NCBI GenBank assembly: GCA_013115145.1
Contig: JAAPAO010000059.1
Coordinates: forward strand, 34,741 to 98,740
DNA: 64,000 nucleotides
DNA from: Perkinsus chesapeaki ATCC PRA-425
Taxonomy: Eukaryota > Protista > Perkinsozoa
Direction of reading: 5' to 3'
Shown here in pieces: positions 58,500-64,000 of the stretch. The position numbers and the translations under genes were made by a program. Within the stretch, counting starts at the first letter, position 1. Each line of letters starts with the position of its first letter. Below the pieces are notes generated by a model. It was not told the DNA's origin and ran no database searches. It saw nothing but the letters and a program-made list of their open reading frames with translations.

Positions 58500-61400
58500 G
58501 GGGAGGGAATGCCTATAGGAAACGTAAGAGGCAATAAAAGAGACATCTATTCAGAAGCGTTTCAGCAACATTGCCTCGACAAGAGTTGCGAACACACGAA
58601 AAATCAGCGCCAACCGGAAAGTTGGCAAATACGCGTCCCACGGGAGTAACCTGGGTAGTGACACCGCGTCGGTCAGCAACGGTGATGCAGGACAAACTTG
58701 GAGCTATACCTGCAAAGGGTGCTTAACCGATTGCAAGCACCGAACTGGAGTGGTTGGTGATACATGAGCCGGCTCGTTGTACTGATGAATGAATTGAAAA
58801 AGAAGGTGTGCCGGTGCTCCATGGTGGACGAGCTTCGGGTACAGTGGTGGTGCTGCAGTAGCTAGTCGTAGGGCCTTCAAACAACAGGCAAGAAAAGGAA
58901 TGGTAACGCGACCCTTACTGAATTGACAGGAGGATACGTAAGTAGTCGGAGTAAGCGGACCGCCGACCTTGCCGGTTGGAAGGATTTGGATCTACAAGAG
59001 ACGACGAGTGCAGCTCTCAGCGCCAACTGATACAACACACCTCAACGTGGCGCACAGGTTTGACCTCTTTAGCGTGCTGCATGTACCACGGCCGCACATT
59101 CGTGGTGGAATGATGAGCGTCTTTCGCCATGGGGAGCCGACGGAGGCTTTCAGCGTGCTGAAGGCCCATGGCCGCAGAAGAGAACCCCATGAAATTCTGA
59201 CCCTCCCCCAAGGCGTTGTTCATTGATATATAAAAGAGAACTACAGAGCTCCACAGCTGTCATTATGAGATGTGTCGCAGTTGTGGCTGACATAAATCGC
59301 TCTCCAAATCGCAACACCGATTGGCGGGATAATTCATACACCAGCAGTTATGGTGGAGAACAGAGCACGGAGCACATCAGGTTGCGCCGTGGCAATGTCA
59401 TTCGATGCTTGCTCGGCGACCTCGGAACTCTCTAAGCCGTAATCGAGTAAATACCTGAGAAGTATAGGTCGATTGTGGCGTGAACAGACGAAAGAGCATC
59501 AGACATACCCGAGAGCATGTTTAGCAAGGAGACCTTTAGAGCGACAGACTTCGACAACGCGAACGAGAGATTCTCGAATCTCCTCGATGTCAATACGCAC
59601 TGCAGTGTGCCGTAACTGACGAAAGTGGAGCTCTGAGAGTTGGCACCAGCTGACCGTTTCATGGCCAGCGAAATGAGTACAGAAACGCACCTCTCCTAGC
59701 CTGTCCCACAAGACCATAGGACGGGCAGCAGCAGCAGCAGCTGTCGAGGCGGCAAGCCAGAGAAGGATGAATCGGGCTTCTGGTGACACTCGCATGGTGC
59801 CCAGCGGAGTAGAGTTGGCTAAAGGGTATCTAAGGCCTACAAACTCTCCATCCAACTTGTCGTATCGTAAAGGGGCTAGCGGGGATAATACACGTCACGT
59901 TTTCGTGATACACATAGATAAATCCAGCATTAATAAGCTTTGCGGCTTACAGGACCAGTGGGGCCTTGACGGGTAGCGTTGGTATTGGGAAGTCGTCCTC
60001 TTTTGAATGATCGCAACCTAAGATGCACATATTATGGAGATGCCATTTATCGACGGCCACTCTAAGCTGACCTTTCCATCTCAACAATGCCTCTGTCGAG
60101 GCAATAGATAATACTAACCTGCCCAGAGCGCAGCCTAGTCGGCGAGAGCCCCAAGAAACTCACTCGTTAAGGGTGTCGATGCACTCAGCTGTTTTGGCGA
60201 TCAGGCCATCGTCCTTATTGGCCTTGGCGGTACGGGCCAGTCTGACCAAGCTTACTATCTCCTTGCTAATAAGTGGGTGACCGGTGTCAGGGCAGTTGAC
60301 GATCGATGGGCAGGCATCCAGTACGCTACAGTGGAATTTATGAATAACATTTAATACATTCTCACCTTCTCGAGCAACTGAAGGAGCCCCCGATACCTGC
60401 CACCTCAGAATATCTACGCCCACCGCAAACCGATATGTTTTCCGGGATGGTGCCTATAAGGCAGGGCGCTTCATGCCAAGTATCGCCGTCACATACCGGT
60501 GCTTGTGGGCTCGCAGAGTGCCAAGGCGAGAAGGACATCAGGATGCTCCATCGCATACGCCTCCTCAACTCCTGTGCCCAGTCCTAAGGCATCTCCGAAT
60601 GGCCTAACAAAGCCGCAGGAGTGGACCATAAGAGCTAGTCAAAGCGCCACTTGTTAGTGGTCAAACCAAGGAGCGTCTTTCCGGACAGCTGGTCAGTGTC
60701 AGCTTCACCGTAGGGGAGGTAGCGCGAGCGATTAGTGTCATTCTCGGTAGTCTGGTCATAATAACGTTATAACATTTTTAAGTACCTCCCTACCTTAGCA
60801 GGAGGAGGCGGAGCCACATGAACATTACATAGCTTACTCTCACAGGATGCCCACCACTCCTCATCGAGCCAACCGTCACAGGGAGGGCTCTGTGGGGCGA
60901 ATATGTCCAGAGCTCGGCGAGTTATTCTCAAATAGGCCTGATCTACAGGTAGACGCTCCGGCCTTGACGAAGCGCACTTCATTCGAGTTCAGCTTCACGA
61001 GCTTCTCATAAGCTGGGTCTTCATACTCCATTTCAACCTCTTGTCCCTCCGCGGTACGTTCTTCTGTGTCTTGCTCGTCTGCTTTGGGTACTGTCACCGG
61101 TCTCAGAGGCGCATATCTAAGAGCAACAGCTCGCCAAACTGCATTCGGCCAGCATGCAATAGGCACCCGAGAGCTTGGTTGAAGTAGTTGAGGATACAAA
61201 CCAGCTTCTGAGCCTGCGTGGGGATGTTCCCGTTCGACCGATAGAAAAAACGCTTGAAATTCGGCGAGGCCAGTCGCTGATCTGAAATGCCTCCCGCCGC
61301 CGCTGCTGGAAGAACCGATCGGCGTACTTGCAGGGAGCAGGCAAAGGAAACCACAGCAGAGCACATAGAGGCTAGTCCTGGTGGACACTGTAACGCTTCC

Positions 61401-62070
61401 GTTGTGACCTGAGCCTACAACTGCCCCGCTTGCGCTCTGATACCTCGTTACCCTTCAAAACGAGTTTCGGCCTCCTTTCCTCCGCGAAGGCTTCCGGGCC
61501 ACTCAGCACTAAATGACATATTTTAGGAATGGTGAAGTTAAAGAAGACATCATGCAGCTCGGGTGATATGCCTGATTGATACATCGGGTATCAAAGAATG
61601 GTCGGGTTAATGGGACCTTTAAGTTGCTCCAATAGAGTGGATACATCCGCGAAGTTGGACGGAACCTCAACTGTCGAAGGCAAAGATTTCCGTTCCTTCT
61701 TTTTATCGGCTAAAAGCAGCGTCCAAGCGCGTAGCTGCTAGTGCACTATCTAGTACTGTGCTTGCTTGATTTTTTCGTTTTCTCGTTTTTATTCTGTTTC
61801 ATAGCTTCCAGATTGAGCGGTACGCAGCCGCTATGATGGGCTAGTCGACAGAGCAACTGTTGGTATCTGAATGCTTCTAGTGGCATCGTCACGCCTTAAG
61901 TATCATCACTCTTCTGCAGTGTGGATCTTGCTCATACCATCCTCGCCGCAAACCTGCCAACTTTGTAGTGTGTGGAAGTCGTGAGCTTTTACTTTCGTGA
62001 GCTCCTTCGAAATTAGCTCCCACGATTCCGGGATATCAAACGGCAATACCAAATGCTTGGCCTCCGGCAT
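58500..62070 (-). CDS. Large multi-exon hypothetical protein; 3' end uncertain
   Basis: Start MPEAKHLVLPFDIPESW; consecutive splice-bounded exons matching ORFs 61372-61584, 60876-61388, 60160-60423, 59499-59855; no domain recognised. Confidence 0.6.
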
Positions 62071-62238
62071 AGGTGTTCAATGGGCTAATTGACAAGGTAT
62101 CTTAACTCGAACAAGGTAATATACTCAGAGCTACAGTGTGTCACAAAATATACTATATACTGATTGTTAGAATGTACTCTCTAGAAGTACTAGGGTGGAG
62201 ATGCGGCGTATGGTACAATGTTGTTTCATGCACGAGTA

Positions 62239-63526
62239 TTAGACGTCGACTGCCAGCTGCTCGGCCACTTTAATATTCTCCACTGCTGCCTTGAATTCTT
62301 CGAAGCAGAGGAGGCCGTCCATGTCCCTACGGAACCCGATGCTTCCCTCAACTCACACCAATAGGCCTACTTGTCGGTGTCCCGCATGGTACGGTCGACC
62401 AACTGCTGCAGCTGTTCATCGGTGAGGTTATCCCCGACCATCATCTTCATAACCTAACAAGCAAGGTTTTTTCATCCTCCCTCGAGCCCAGACAGCTCCG
62501 TGGTGAATCGATATAACTTAAGCACTCTTCAATTTCCATAAACACGGCTTTCGTGAGGCTGCTTCCTAACGATTTTCCGCAATCTCCGACTTAGACAAGC
62601 TAGGAGCAGATGCATCCATTCCTCCAGTACAAACAGCAATTGATCAGCTTAGTAACCCCGATTGGCATTATGATGACCACTAAGTCTAGGGAGTTTGCTG
62701 CCCATCCGCCCAAAAACTTGACCATCGGATCACTATGTAAAGTTCGATTTGCAGCGGAAACCCTTCACACCCCTATAGCGTCTATGGACCTCAAAGACGC
62801 GAGATGAGTTAACAACAATGTCGCTGCTTACCTGGAAGAGGTCCCCATTACTGATATAACCATCCTTGTTCACATCATACACCTGAAAACATGGTTCGCT
62901 AATGATGGAGATTAGGAGTCCTAACTAAGGACCCCAAGAGTGGCCGATGTGATGCTAATCTAGATCGAAGCCAGTAACCCATTTTTCCAGTTAACTAATA
63001 CGTGTTCGATAAAGGGTAGATAAGTCAGGTAAGACAAGACTTATCTTCAGATAGGTGCCACGCCGTTGACTGCCCCGCCAGTACCTCAAATGCGAATTTA
63101 AGTTTCTCCTCTTCATCAGATCCAACCGCTACTCTCGCCAACCCCACCAAAAACTCTATAAACGATACCGTACCTAGTAACGTTATGCAGGCATGGCGAA
63201 ATAGCAGCCGCTAAACTACCATTGCCATCTACATCAAATATGCTGACAACTCGCTGGACCAGAGGGTTCTCAGATATCTCTCTCACGCCTGACATTATGA
63301 ATGAGCAAGCAATGACCATCAAGGGCTTACCAAGAAGCTCTGACGGATCCAATTGTCCATTGCCATCCTTATCCAGAGCCTGGAACCTGATGAACGTGAG
63401 ATAGGTAGCCGGTTGTCGTTGTTGCCCGTTATTATATTACCTGCTATACAAGCGCCGGATATCCCGCTCTGTAAAGCTGGCTATTGAATGCATCTCCTCC
63501 CTACTAATGGACTGGGTCCCTCCCAT
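62239..63526 (-). CDS. CNB1: Calcineurin regulatory subunit B (four EF hands)
   Basis: [112 protein letters not shown]..AVDV*. Confidence 0.93.
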
Positions 63527-64000
63527 GGCCAATGAAGGACAATAAAAACAATACTGATAACAAAGGAAGCGAAGTCTATAGACTAATATAAAGTGTCAGT
63601 TAAATTTCTAAACCATGTCAGAAAGTTAAAGAACTCCAGATGCGTTCACCTGTGAAGCATAGAGACCACTTTCATCCAGCCCGCCGCGACAATGGACATC
63701 GGACAAGCATTTGAAGGGTCTATTGCGAAGATAAGAGACCTTGTAGCATCTAGTGTACAACTCAACGCTCACTAAACTCATTAGGAAACTTACAACACAT
63801 CTCTTTAGGCTACAAAGGGAACTTTAATTAACCTTACAAAACCTTTAAAGTACTGTGGACCCGTTCTTGCATTTTTCCTGCGTCCATGTTGCGCCACTTA
63901 CTGGGAAGGGTTAAGAAGTGTAACAATTGTAGGGCATATGAAGATAATGTCACTGTATATTTTACATCGCTCCGCCCCTCTAGGAGAAACGGCCCGACGG

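Overview
Eukaryotic, intron-dense genomic DNA (many ~40-60 nt GT-AG introns). Gene content and architecture suggest a perkinsid alveolate such as Perkinsus; this is an inference, not a database match. In order: an ATG1/ULK-type kinase with an antisense tRNA-Trp(CCA) in one intron; an intronless secreted protein; RPB2; a second secreted protein; three tandem Ala/Gly-rich 11-residue-repeat genes; two tandem Cys-domain + Thr/Pro/Glu mucin genes; a TMEM33/Pom33-like gene; a coiled-coil protein; two tandem single-chain LCB2-LCB1 serine palmitoyltransferase fusion genes; a secreted S1/P1 nuclease; a Pro/Gln-rich protein; a large DEAH helicase with C-terminal zinc fingers; a PHD-finger protein; a large hypothetical; calcineurin B. 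The standout is a 1379-bp DNA-transposon fragment (50607-51985, minus strand) inside the last helicase exon. It has a CAC terminus, an exact 5-bp ATCCG flanking duplication and an ORF with a RAG1/Chapaev-type N-terminal zinc-binding domain. Its other end is replaced by a perfect 30-bp palindrome of host flank, resembling a hairpin-opening footprint. Exon boundaries were read by eye and are approximate unless stated. Three N-gaps fall inside tandem repeats.
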